A stretch of DNA of 64,000 nucleotides, from assembly GCA_951812825.1 (NCBI GenBank), contig OX638324.1, positions 311,317 to 375,316 of the forward strand. The letters run 5' to 3'. The position numbers were made by a program, and so were the translations under genes. The stretch comes from an uncultured Dehalococcoidia bacterium. GTDB lineage: Bacteria > Chloroflexota > Dehalococcoidia > Lucifugimonadales > GCA-2712585. The notes under the pieces are model-generated. The model did not search any database. It saw nothing but the letters and a program-made list of their open reading frames with translations, and was not told where the DNA came from. Below, piece by piece: positions 46,961-56,660 of this stretch (position 1 is its first letter; each line of letters begins with the position of its first letter).

Positions 46961-47884
46961 ATGCTCGAACCCGGCCTTTCGCCATACGCCCCCATCGTCG
47001 ACCGCCCCGTGGTCCGCTGGCCCAACAACGCCCGCGTGGCCCTCTGGGTCGCCCCCAACGTGGAATACATGGACTTCATCCCCGCACCCAACGACGGCAA
47101 GGGCGGATTCTTCCGAAACGTCTACAGCCGCACGCCCCCGCCCGACGTGGCATCTTTCGCCAATCAGGACTACGGCAACCGGGTGTGCCTCTGGCGCATG
47201 CTGGAGGTCTTCGACCATCACAAGATCCGTTGCACCGTCTCCCTAAACGAGGCCATCCTGGAGCATTTCCCCGAGACCAAGCAAGCCCTGATTGATCGCG
47301 ACTACGATTACATGTCCCACGGCATCTACAACAACCGCTTCCTCAATCTCCTCTCCGAGGATGAGGAGCGCGCCTTCTTCAAGGACTGCGTCGACACCCT
47401 CTATGAGCACACCGGCAAAAAGCTCAAGGGGATGCTCACCCCCGCCGTCTCCCCCTCCGCCCGCACCCACGACCTGATGGCCGAAGCGGGTCTCATCTAC
47501 AACGCCGACTGGGGCCACGACGACCAGCCCTTCCCCATGAAAGTCAGGAAAGGCCGCCTCCTCTCCATGCCCTACAACCTGGACCTGAACGACGGCACCT
47601 ACAGCCGCTTCGGCTGCACCCCCGAATACTGGGCCCAGTGCGTCAAGGACCAGTTCGACGTCATGTACGAGGAGGGAGCGGAAAACGCCCGCCAGGTCTG
47701 CGTCTCCCTGCACCCCTCCGTCATGGGACACCCCAGCCGCATCAAGTACCTCGACGAAGTCCTCGGCTACATGATGGGCCACGAAGGCGTCTGGCAGACC
47801 ACCGCCGACGACATGGCCCAGTATTACATGGACAACTACTACGACATCATGGTCGCCCACCTGGAAAAGCACGAATACAACTAA
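46961..47884 (+). CDS. Polysaccharide deacetylase / PuuE-like hydrolase
   Basis: WPN.ARVALW...N.E, DYGNRV..WR, HG, DD.PF, PY....ND, DQFD..Y.EG, LHP...G.P.RI. Confidence 0.88.
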   Translation: MLEPGLSPYAPIVDRPVVRWPNNARVALWVAPNVEYMDFIPAPNDGKGGFFRNVYSRTPPPDVASFANQDYGNRVCLWRMLEVFDHHKIRCTVSLNEAILEHFPETKQALIDRDYDYMSHGIYNNRFLNLLSEDEERAFFKDCVDTLYEHTGKKLKGMLTPAVSPSARTHDLMAEAGLIYNADWGHDDQPFPMKVRKGRLLSMPYNLDLNDGTYSRFGCTPEYWAQCVKDQFDVMYEEGAENARQVCVSLHPSVMGHPSRIKYLDEVLGYMMGHEGVWQTTADDMAQYYMDNYYDIMVAHLEKHEYN

Positions 47885-47977
47885 CCCCCTACCTAAATCC
47901 CTTCCCCCCGGATGGGGGTGTTCCACGTGCCACCAAACCAAAATCCGACAACCCAACCATAACTGGAGGACGAAAAA

Positions 47978-48943
47978 ATGCCCGCAGAGCGTAAGCCCGG
48001 ATACGACATGCCCTACTACGACTGGTCGCCCCTGCCGGAACGTCCCCCGCTGAAGTGGCCGAACGACGCCAGGGTGGCCCTCTGCGTCATCCTCAGTATG
48101 GACCACTACCAGTGGAAGCCCACCAACGATTTTGTTAACGGCGGTATGCCCGGCTCCCAGCCGGACTGGGCCTACAAGGCTCCCGAGTCCCCCGGCGGTG
48201 TCAGCGGCGGCGGCCGCCCCTTCCCCGACGTCATCGGCTTCTCCATCCGCGAGTACGGCCCCCGCGTCGGCATCTTCCGCGTCCTCAAAATCCTCGATAA
48301 GTACGGCATCACCCCCACCATCGCCATCGACGCCCTGACCGCCGAGAATTACCCATACGTGGTCCGCACTCTCAAGGAGCGGGGCTGCGAATTCATGGCC
48401 CACGGCGTCGCCGTCAACCAGCTGCTCACCAGCAAGATGACCCCCGACCAGGAACGCGACTACATCCGCCGTTCCATCGACGCCGTCACCCAGGCCACCG
48501 GCCAGGCCCCCAAGGGCTGGATGGGCGCAGAGTTCGGCGAGTCCGCTGAGACCGCCGCCATCCTCGCCGACGAAGGCGTCAGCTACGTCTGCGACTGGCC
48601 CAACGACGACCACCCCTACCCCATGAACACCCCCACCGGCGACCTCTACTCCCTCCCCGTCAATCTCACTCTCGTGGACCTGCGCAGCCACTGGTACGGC
48701 CGCATCCACGTCGACACCTACGCCAAGATGATCATGGACTCCTTCGACGTTGTCTACCGCGAAGGCGCGGACACGGGCCGGATGCTGGTCCTCAACTTCC
48801 AGCCCTGGCTCATGGGCACCGGATTCCGCAGCAAGTATCTGGACCAGGCCCTCGGCCACATCTGCAGGCACGGAGGAATCTGGAAGGCCTCCGCCGGCGA
48901 AATCGTCGACTACCACCGCAGCCTCTCCGCAACCAACGCGTAG
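47978..48943 (+). CDS. Polysaccharide deacetylase / PuuE-like hydrolase (divergent paralog)
   Basis: WPN.ARVA, EYG.RVG.FR, HG, DW.NDD.PY, FD..Y.EG. Confidence 0.85.
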   Translation: MPAERKPGYDMPYYDWSPLPERPPLKWPNDARVALCVILSMDHYQWKPTNDFVNGGMPGSQPDWAYKAPESPGGVSGGGRPFPDVIGFSIREYGPRVGIFRVLKILDKYGITPTIAIDALTAENYPYVVRTLKERGCEFMAHGVAVNQLLTSKMTPDQERDYIRRSIDAVTQATGQAPKGWMGAEFGESAETAAILADEGVSYVCDWPNDDHPYPMNTPTGDLYSLPVNLTLVDLRSHWYGRIHVDTYAKMIMDSFDVVYREGADTGRMLVLNFQPWLMGTGFRSKYLDQALGHICRHGGIWKASAGEIVDYHRSLSATNA

Positions 48944-49038
48944 GCACTGTTCGCCAGACTCCATTCCCAGTATCCGTACGGGCGTCCCTTGTGGGGGCGC
49001 TCTCTCCCAACGCCAATCTCACAATAAAGGGAAAAGAA

Positions 49039-50367
49039 ATGGACGACTACCCCCCCGGCATAGCAGTTCCTCCCCAGAGCTTCTACAAAGGCCTCGAAAG
49101 ACTTGAGCCCGGCGGCTCCGTGCCCTACGACGAAGACCGCATCAACGTCATCGAAGCCAAGGCCCTCATCGATGGCACCGGCGCCCGCGCCGTCGACCAC
49201 CCCGTCGTCGTCACCAAGGGCCGCCATATCTCTATCATCGACCGCCAGGGACAGATTGCCCTTCCCGAAGGCCCCAATGTCCACCACTACAGCTTCCCGG
49301 ACGGCTACCTCCTCCCCGGCCTCATCGACTCCCACACCCACCTCATGTTCGGCGTCGCCGGTGCCAGCTACGAGGACGTTATCGAAAACGACTCCGACGA
49401 AGTCATGCTCCTCCGCGCCGCCCAGAACGCCATGATCCACCTGAAGGCCGGCGTCACCACCCTCCGCGAGAACGGCGCCCGCAACAAGGTCACCTTCAAC
49501 CTCAGGGAAGGCGCCCGCCGCGGCTACGTCACCGCCCCCCGCATGCTCCTCTGCGGCCGCCCCGTCACCGTCACCGGCGGCCACTTCTACTGGTGCAACC
49601 AGCAGGCCGACGGCGTGGAAGGCGTCCGCGCCGCCGTGCGAGAGCTCGTCAAGGATGGCGCTGACCATATCAAAATCATGGCCTCCGGCGGCGGCACCGC
49701 CATCACAGACCTCCGCCGCCCCTCGTACACCGTCGAGGAACTCCGCGCCATCGTCGATGAGGCCCACAACATGGGTAAGCCTACCACCGCCCACTGCCTC
49801 GCCACCGGCAGCATCGTCAACGCCCTCGACGCCGGCGTCGACATGATCGAACACGCGGGATTCATCGAGCCCGACGGCTCCTACAAGTTCGACCCCTACG
49901 TGGCGGAACGAATCGCCAAGCAGGGCACCTACGTCAGCCCCACCGTCCAGACCGGCTATCGCGGTATGGAAGCCCTGCTGAACAAGCAGGAACGCGAGGG
50001 CCTCTCCCCCATCGAAGAACAACGGCTGGAATGGACCAAGGCCAAGTGCGATAGCCAGATGGAATTCCTCGGACGTCTCTATAAGGACTGGCAGGTCCCC
50101 ATCGTCTCCGGCACCGACGCCATCTCCGCATTCGGCGACTACTGCATCGGCCTCGAAATCATGGCCGAAGCGGGCATGAGCAACATGGAAGTCATCCGCT
50201 CCTCCACCAACCTCAACGCCCACGCCCTCGGCGCCGGAGAAATCGTCGGCTCCATCCAAGTCGGCAAGGACGCCGACCTCATCGTCGTCGACAAGAACCC
50301 CCTCGAAGACATCAAAGCCCTCCGCACCATGACCATGGTCATGCGCATGGGCAAGCGCATCCTTTAG
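49039..50367 (+). CDS. Amidohydrolase_1 family (prolidase/imidazolonepropionase-like)
   Basis: PGLIDSHTHL, GVTT.R, GADHIK.MA.GG, AH, IEH, GTD, G.I..GK.ADL.V. Confidence 0.9.
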   Translation: MDDYPPGIAVPPQSFYKGLERLEPGGSVPYDEDRINVIEAKALIDGTGARAVDHPVVVTKGRHISIIDRQGQIALPEGPNVHHYSFPDGYLLPGLIDSHTHLMFGVAGASYEDVIENDSDEVMLLRAAQNAMIHLKAGVTTLRENGARNKVTFNLREGARRGYVTAPRMLLCGRPVTVTGGHFYWCNQQADGVEGVRAAVRELVKDGADHIKIMASGGGTAITDLRRPSYTVEELRAIVDEAHNMGKPTTAHCLATGSIVNALDAGVDMIEHAGFIEPDGSYKFDPYVAERIAKQGTYVSPTVQTGYRGMEALLNKQEREGLSPIEEQRLEWTKAKCDSQMEFLGRLYKDWQVPIVSGTDAISAFGDYCIGLEIMAEAGMSNMEVIRSSTNLNAHALGAGEIVGSIQVGKDADLIVVDKNPLEDIKALRTMTMVMRMGKRIL

Positions 50368-50462
50368 GACAGTGCCACAACCTCGGTTCCATGCTGAAGT
50401 GCCCACATAGAGATTCGACATCCTGGCTTGCGAAGGTTCTGGCATCAGGGCGACGCAAAGCC

Positions 50463-50532
50463 GTCATTCCGGCAGAAGCCGGAATCCATCTTGTCCCTTC
50501 CCCCTCGATGGGGGAAGGTTGGGATGGGGGTG
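50463..50532 (+). repeat. REP-like doublet (GTCATTCCGGC...GCCGGAATCC plus CCCTTCCCCC...GGGGGAAGG)
   Basis: Two adjacent hairpin-forming units in the intergenic region. Confidence 0.75.
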
Positions 50533-50594
50533 AAAGAGGTAAAGTGTCTTCCGAAATTGCTAAGAATGCCTGATGAACTAACAAGGAACCAGCT

Positions 50595-50849
50595 ATGATT
50601 AGCTACCCCGCCCTCCTTGACGGAAAAAGGGGCTCCTATGGCGTTGTTTTCCCCGACATCCCCGGAGTCGGCGCAATGGGACACACAATCGCCAAGGCAA
50701 TCGCTAATGCAGAGAGCGTCCTGCGAGACTACGTCATCGAAACGAAATGGAATGGAACCGAACTAGCGACGCCAACTCAGCTTTGCTCTATCCAAATTCT
50801 CGAAGGAAATCACTTGGTTAAAATTACCCTAATCCCCCCAAGAGGCTGA
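50595..50849 (+). CDS. HicB-like protein (orphan, possibly degenerate)
   Basis: YPA.......SYGV.FPD.PG..A.G.T...A...A...L. Confidence 0.7.
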   Translation: MISYPALLDGKRGSYGVVFPDIPGVGAMGHTIAKAIANAESVLRDYVIETKWNGTELATPTQLCSIQILEGNHLVKITLIPPRG

Positions 50850-50851
50850 CC

Positions 50852-51775
50852 ATGCTTGAACCCAACCTCTCTCCCTACGCCCCTATCATCGACCGCCCCG
50901 TCCTCCGCTGGCCCAACAACGCCCGTATCGCCGTTTGGGTAGCCCCCAACATCGAGTTCAAGGACTACGTCCCTTCACCTAACGACGGCAAGGGCGGTTT
51001 CTACCGCACCTCCTACGACCGGACCCCAATCCCCGACGTCATGACCTACGGCAACCACGACTACGGCAACCGCGTCTGCGTCTGGCGAATGCTGGAGGTC
51101 TTCGACAGCCTCAACATCAAGTGCACCGTCTCCCTCAACGAAGGCGTCCTCGACCTCTTCCCCGAAATCCGCGACGCCTTGGTCAAGCGCGACTACGACT
51201 ACATGTCCCACGGCATCTTCAACAACCGCTACCTTAACCACCTCTCCATCGACGAGGAGCGCGCCTTCTTCAAGGACTGCGTCGATTCCCTCTACCGCCA
51301 CACCGGCAAGAAGCTCAAGGGTATGCTGACCCCCGGCGTCTCTCCCACCGCCAACACGCCAGACCTCATGGCCGAGGCTGGGCTCATCTACAACGCCGAT
51401 TGGGGCCACGACGACCAGCCCTTCCCCATGAACGCCAAATCCGGCCGTCTCATCTCCATGCCCTACAACCTCGACCTGAACGACGGCACCTTCAACCGCT
51501 TCGGCTGCCCAGCGGATTACTGGGCCCAGTGCCTCAAGGACCAGTTCGACGTGATGTACGCCGAGGGCGAGCACAACGCCACCCAGATCTGCGTCTCCCT
51601 GCACCCCGCCCTTGCCGGCCACCCCAGCCGCATCGACCACCTGAACGACGCCCTCTCATACATGCTTTCCCACGAAGGCGTCTGGCAGGCCACCGCCGAC
51701 GAAATGGCCCAGCACTACCTCGACAACTACTACGACGAAATGGTCGCCCACCTAAACCAACGAGACTACCGATAA
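50852..51775 (+). CDS. Polysaccharide deacetylase / PuuE-like hydrolase, close paralog of 46961-47884
   Basis: Colinear, with long identical stretches (e.g. DLMAEAGLIYNADWGHDDQPFPM). Confidence 0.88.
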   Translation: MLEPNLSPYAPIIDRPVLRWPNNARIAVWVAPNIEFKDYVPSPNDGKGGFYRTSYDRTPIPDVMTYGNHDYGNRVCVWRMLEVFDSLNIKCTVSLNEGVLDLFPEIRDALVKRDYDYMSHGIFNNRYLNHLSIDEERAFFKDCVDSLYRHTGKKLKGMLTPGVSPTANTPDLMAEAGLIYNADWGHDDQPFPMNAKSGRLISMPYNLDLNDGTFNRFGCPADYWAQCLKDQFDVMYAEGEHNATQICVSLHPALAGHPSRIDHLNDALSYMLSHEGVWQATADEMAQHYLDNYYDEMVAHLNQRDYR

Positions 51776-51834
51776 GATGCGCGGCCCTACCAGCCGTCAT
51801 TCCAGCGAAAGCCGGAATTCAGCCGTTCCTCAAA

Positions 51835-52431
51835 TTATAGCCCGAGCAGTTGCCTCTTCTTCGTGTCGAACTCTTCCTGTGTAAGGATGCCGCGTTCTAA
51901 AAGACTTGCGAACTTTTCGATTTCTTCAGCCGCTGAAAGCACTGACTCGGCCTTTCGATTCGTCTGCTGAGCCATCTCAGCATGTAGATCTTCCACATAA
52001 TGCCTGACACTATCGGCGAATAGCTTTGCTGAATCCTTGGGCATGATGTCTTCAATTCGCCAGCCAGCTCGTCCTAGTCCAGTTATTTGTACACCCCCAG
52101 AAAGCATCCCGGTACTATGCGTTATTCCTTCAATGCTTCTGTAAGGCATCTCTGATACTTCTTTGCTGCCTAGTATCCCCTTGTCCAGAAAGATTACTCT
52201 CTTACTAGTCGCCACTGCCACGCCACTGTGTTTGTGAAGACGATTTGTATCCTGCTCAGCCCTGTAAGTGCCGCCAACCAAAGCAGTTATATCCTCGCCT
52301 TGATCAAGGATGTCATAGAGCATCTTTCGCTCACCACCGTGCATTCGCTTGTCACCGCGAAATGTTCCCCATCCTTTTGGCATAACCGAGTACCACTGTT
52401 CATCAATGCGCTTTTCTTCAACTGAAGTCAT
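51835..52431 (-). CDS. Bacterial PH-domain protein with C-terminal SHOCT domain
   Basis: G..VAT.KR..FLDKG.......E.PY..I..I. C-terminus EI.K...L.ERG.LT.EEF..KK..LLG. Confidence 0.8.
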   Translation of the reverse strand: MTSVEEKRIDEQWYSVMPKGWGTFRGDKRMHGGERKMLYDILDQGEDITALVGGTYRAEQDTNRLHKHSGVAVATSKRVIFLDKGILGSKEVSEMPYRSIEGITHSTGMLSGGVQITGLGRAGWRIEDIMPKDSAKLFADSVRHYVEDLHAEMAQQTNRKAESVLSAAEEIEKFASLLERGILTQEEFDTKKRQLLGL

Positions 52432-52856
52432 CTCGCCTCCAATTCACTTAACCGATTGCATCGTAATCCGGACTCTCAAAGTTTTCTGTGCCTTCTATCA
52501 GCTTCCCTGATTCACAATGATATCAATTGGGGAAAATCTTGCAAGTGTTCAATGTTTGACGATTCTCTAGAGAAATGAGTAATGTGCCCCTCACAGTTTC
52601 TTGGCAAAATGCTTGAATCTACATGAGAAGCAACGTCACCGATTCACACACTCCCACAGTGCTAATCCCTACGAGTGATTGGCCGTTCATTTCACGGAAA
52701 TGAGATACAGGAATAGTCTCAACCGTTCCTACAATGCCAAGTCCTAGAGCGCATTAGTGTAGTTCCACAGCCCACCCTCCCAAACACCCCCATTCTTGAC
52801 TACCCCCCAAAACCACGGATATCATTACCAAAACTCTCAATCAAAAGGACGAAAAC

Positions 52857-54272
52857 ATGGCTAACAAGGACATCGCTCTCATGGCCCACCTCATGCGACG
52901 GGCCGGCTTCGGCGCCGACAGGGACGAACTCGAACGCCGCGTCGCCAAGGGCTACGAGGCCACCGTCGAAGAACTTCTCGACCCCGAAGCCCACGGCATC
53001 CCCGAACTCGACACCGACGAACTCTTCCGCATGACTCCCGGCTTCAAAGTGCCCGCCAACCCGGAGAATATGTCCGGCTACTGGATGTACCGCTTCATTA
53101 ACACACCGCGCCCCTTGGAGGAAAAGATTGCCCTCCTCTGGCACCACATCTTTGCCACCGGCAACGCCAAGGTCGCCAGCCCCCTGGAGATGACCCTCCA
53201 GATTGACCTCTTCCGCGACATCGGCATGGGCGACTATCGCACCATGCTGCTGGAGCTGTCCAGGAATCCCGCCATGATCTTCTGGCTCGACAACAACGAG
53301 AACCACAAGGACGCCCCCAACGAGAACTGGGGCCGCGAGCTCCTGGAGCTCTTCTCAATGGGTCAGGGCCACTATACCGAGGAGGACGTCAAGGAGTGCG
53401 CCCGCGCCTTCACCGGCTGGACCATCGGCCCCACCCTCCCTGGCGTCCTCTACAACCGCTTTCCCTGGGAGTTCAAGTACGACCCCGACGACCATGATGA
53501 CACCGAAAAAACCTTCCTCGGCGAGACGGGCCGATTCAACGGCGAGGACATCATCGACATTATCCTCAAGCATCCCGCCACTCCCCGGTTCGTCGCCCGC
53601 CACCTCTACAACTTCTTCGTTGCCGACGAAGTTCAGGTGCCCAGCTGGCTCGACGAGCCGCCCCGCGACCCGGAGGCCATCGACACCCTCGCCGAAACTC
53701 TGGTCTCCTCTGGCTACAACATCCGCGAGACTCTCCGCGTCCTGTTCAACTCCGACTTCTTCAAGGACGAAAGCGTCTGGTTCGAAAAGGTTAAGAGTCC
53801 CACCGAGCTCGTTGTCAGCACCATGCGGCTTACCCAGGACTTCAAGGACTATCGCCCCGGCTTCTTTGAAATCGCCATGGAACCCTCCATCCAGGGCCAG
53901 GCCATCCTCAATCCGCCCAGCGTGGAGGGCTGGCACACCGGCCACGAGTGGATCGACAGCGGCGCCCTCCTCCAGCGCATCAACTTCGCCGCCGATAGAA
54001 TCGGCGACCCCAACCTCCCCGGCGTACAGAACATCGTCGAAAGACTTTCCCGCCAGGGCACCCTATCCCCCACGGAACTCGTCGACGGCTGCCTGGACCT
54101 CCTCGGCCCCATAACCGTCGCCGAAGGCACCCGCAGCCAGCTTGTTGCCCATGCCGAAACGGAGGGTGACCTCCACCGCGGCGAAACCGAGGAGGAGCAC
54201 GTGGCATTCGCCAACCGCGTAGCCACCATGCTCAAACTCATCACCTCCTGCCGCGAATTCCAGATGGCCTGA
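52857..54272 (+). CDS. DUF1800 family protein (copy 3)
   Basis: AHLMRRAGFG, NENWGRELLELFSMG, PPSVEGW, EFQMA. Confidence 0.85.
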   Translation: MANKDIALMAHLMRRAGFGADRDELERRVAKGYEATVEELLDPEAHGIPELDTDELFRMTPGFKVPANPENMSGYWMYRFINTPRPLEEKIALLWHHIFATGNAKVASPLEMTLQIDLFRDIGMGDYRTMLLELSRNPAMIFWLDNNENHKDAPNENWGRELLELFSMGQGHYTEEDVKECARAFTGWTIGPTLPGVLYNRFPWEFKYDPDDHDDTEKTFLGETGRFNGEDIIDIILKHPATPRFVARHLYNFFVADEVQVPSWLDEPPRDPEAIDTLAETLVSSGYNIRETLRVLFNSDFFKDESVWFEKVKSPTELVVSTMRLTQDFKDYRPGFFEIAMEPSIQGQAILNPPSVEGWHTGHEWIDSGALLQRINFAADRIGDPNLPGVQNIVERLSRQGTLSPTELVDGCLDLLGPITVAEGTRSQLVAHAETEGDLHRGETEEEHVAFANRVATMLKLITSCREFQMA

Positions 54273-54281
54273 CCTTTACAT

Positions 54282-54332
54282 GTCATTCTGAACGCAGCAG
54301 AAGGCCTGGTAGGGGCGGGTTTCAAACCCGCC
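54282..54332 (+). repeat. REP-like doublet between DUF1800 and NHL genes
   Basis: gtcattctgaacgcagcagaagg followed by gtaggggcgggtttcaaacccgcc. Confidence 0.7.
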
Positions 54333-54410
54333 TGCTCCTCCTAGGAAATACCCGCCATTCCCGCCTCCCCTCTTAAGCCTCTCATCCCGAAAACAAACAG
54401 GAGAAAAATC

Positions 54411-55409
54411 TTGGAAGCAACAACCGCCCGCGGCCGTAAGTTCAGCTACAGCCACACCCTCGGAAACCTCACCATCTTCCGCTATCCCGTCGACGTGGGC
54501 CTAGACGCAGACAACAACGTCTACGTGGTCAATCGCGGCCACGACGGCGACTGGGTCTTCGGCGTCAACAAGATTACCATCGACGAAGACGAAATCGGTC
54601 GTTTCGGCGGTGAGGGCGATACCGACGGCCGCTTCCGCTGGCCCACTTCCATCGTCATCGACAGCCAGCGACTCGCCTACGTGGCCGACGAATGGCACAA
54701 CCGCATCTCCATCTTCGACACTACCGTGGACTTCAACGGCGGCGATGTCGAAGAAGGTAATTTCCTGCGAAAGTGGGGCGTCCCCGGCCCCGAACCCGGA
54801 CAGCTTGGCGCTCCCGCCGGCATGGTCCTCGACGACAACGAAGACCTCTACATCACCGAACAGGGCAACAACCGCGTCTCCAAGTTCACCCGCGAGGGCG
54901 AATTCCTCATGACCTTCGGCGGCCCCGGCGCCGGCCCAGGCCAGTTCAATAGGCCCTGGGGTATAGCCATCGACGGCGAAGGCAACCTCTATGTCGCCGA
55001 CTGGAACAACCACCGCATCCAGAAGTTCACCTCCGCAGGCGAATTCCTGCAGGTTATCGGCGAACCTGGCCAAGGTCCCGGCCAACTCCGTCGACCCAGC
55101 GACGTCGCCGTAGACGCAGATGGTGACATCTATGTCACCGACTGGGGTCAGAGTAAGGTCGAGGTCTACGACGCCGACGGTGCACACCTCACCACCCTCT
55201 ACGGCGACCACAACAAGCTCTCCCCCCGCAGCCAGAAGTACCTGGAGTTGAACACCGTCGACAGCGAAAAGCGCGCCCTGGTCACCGACTTTGACCCCGA
55301 GCGCTACTTCAACACCCCAACCGCCGTCGAGGTAGACCGGGATGGCCGCATCATCATCGTCGACAACATCCGCCTCCGCCTCCAGGTCTACCGCAAAGAG
55401 ATGGCCTAG
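54411..55409 (+). CDS. NHL-repeat beta-propeller (partner of DUF1800 copy 3)
   Basis: NHL repeats. TTG start after AGGAGA. Confidence 0.9.
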   Translation: MEATTARGRKFSYSHTLGNLTIFRYPVDVGLDADNNVYVVNRGHDGDWVFGVNKITIDEDEIGRFGGEGDTDGRFRWPTSIVIDSQRLAYVADEWHNRISIFDTTVDFNGGDVEEGNFLRKWGVPGPEPGQLGAPAGMVLDDNEDLYITEQGNNRVSKFTREGEFLMTFGGPGAGPGQFNRPWGIAIDGEGNLYVADWNNHRIQKFTSAGEFLQVIGEPGQGPGQLRRPSDVAVDADGDIYVTDWGQSKVEVYDADGAHLTTLYGDHNKLSPRSQKYLELNTVDSEKRALVTDFDPERYFNTPTAVEVDRDGRIIIVDNIRLRLQVYRKEMA

Positions 55410-55588
55410 CCCATACACACTCCCATCATTCCCACGCAAAGTCTGCCCTCGCGAAGGCGGGGGCCGGAATCCATCCGCTCTATCCGACAACCCACCCGTA
55501 GGGACGTGCCTTGTGGGGGCCCGTCCCGCTACCCGCATCCGTAGCAGCGGGTCCAAACCCGCCCGCCAACCCAAATAGGAGAACCACC

Positions 55589-56587
55589 CTGGAAGCAATA
55601 GCCGTTCGCGGCAGAGAATTCACCTACAGCCACACCATCGGCAACGCCGCTGTCTTCAATTACCCCGTCCATCTCTGCCTGGACTCCGACAACATCCTCT
55701 ACGTCGTTAACCGTGGCCACGACGGTGAGTGGATCTTCGGCATCAACAAGATCGCCGTCGACGAGACGGAAATCGGCAAGTTCGGCGGCTACGGCGAGTC
55801 CGAGGGACGCTTCATCTGGCCCACTGCCATTGCCGTCGACAGTCACGGCCTCGCCTACGTGGCCGACGAATGGCTCAACCGCATCTCCATTTTCGACACC
55901 ACCGTTGAATTCAACGGCGCAGACATCGAAGAGAAAAACTTCCTCCGCAAGTGGGGCGTTGGCGGCTCAGAACCAGGACAACTTGGCGCTCCCGCCAGCC
56001 TCGTTCTCGACTCCAACGAAGACCTCTACATCACGGAACAGGGCAACAACCGCGTCTCCAAATTCACCCGCAACGGCGACTTCCTCCTGACCTTCGGCGG
56101 CCCCGGCTCCAGCCCAGGCCGGTTCGACAAACCCTGGGGCATAACCGTCGACAGGTACGACAACGTCTACGTAGCCGATTGGGGCAACAACCGTGTCCAG
56201 AAGTTCACCCCGGAAGGCGAGTTCCTACAGACCATCGGCGAATCTGGCAGAGGCCCCGGCAAACTCCACCGCCCCAGCGACGTTGCCGTCGACTCCGACG
56301 GCGACGTCTACATCTGCGACTGGGGTCAGGACAAAGTCGAGGTCTATGACGCCGACGGTTCGCATCTAACCACCCTTTACGGCGATTCCAAAGAACTTTC
56401 CCCCCGCGGCGTCAAGTACCTTGAACTGAACATCGCCGACCTCGAAAAACGCCGCATGGTGACCAACTTCGAACCTGAATATCGCTTCACTCTGCCCACC
56501 GGCGTCGAGGTCGACCCCCAAGGCCGAATCTACGTCGTCGACAACATCCGCTTCCGCGTCCAGGTCTACCGCAAGGAGAAGACCTAA
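55589..56587 (+). CDS. NHL-repeat beta-propeller, tandem paralog; probable CTG start
   Basis: Colinear with the upstream paralog and the same length (999 nt) if started at CTG 55589, 6 nt after AGGAGA. Confidence 0.85.
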   Translation: MEAIAVRGREFTYSHTIGNAAVFNYPVHLCLDSDNILYVVNRGHDGEWIFGINKIAVDETEIGKFGGYGESEGRFIWPTAIAVDSHGLAYVADEWLNRISIFDTTVEFNGADIEEKNFLRKWGVGGSEPGQLGAPASLVLDSNEDLYITEQGNNRVSKFTRNGDFLLTFGGPGSSPGRFDKPWGITVDRYDNVYVADWGNNRVQKFTPEGEFLQTIGESGRGPGKLHRPSDVAVDSDGDVYICDWGQDKVEVYDADGSHLTTLYGDSKELSPRGVKYLELNIADLEKRRMVTNFEPEYRFTLPTGVEVDPQGRIYVVDNIRFRVQVYRKEKT

Positions 56588-56660
56588 CCAATCCCTTCCC
56601 CCTCCCTTTACAATTGATACTGGTCAAAGAAAAGAATCTCATCAATACAGGACTAAACCC

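Noticed and set aside
47243-50445. Long minus-strand ORFs (573 aa and 511 aa)
   Set aside because: Antisense shadows of well-supported plus-strand genes in high-GC3 DNA; no recognisable motifs.
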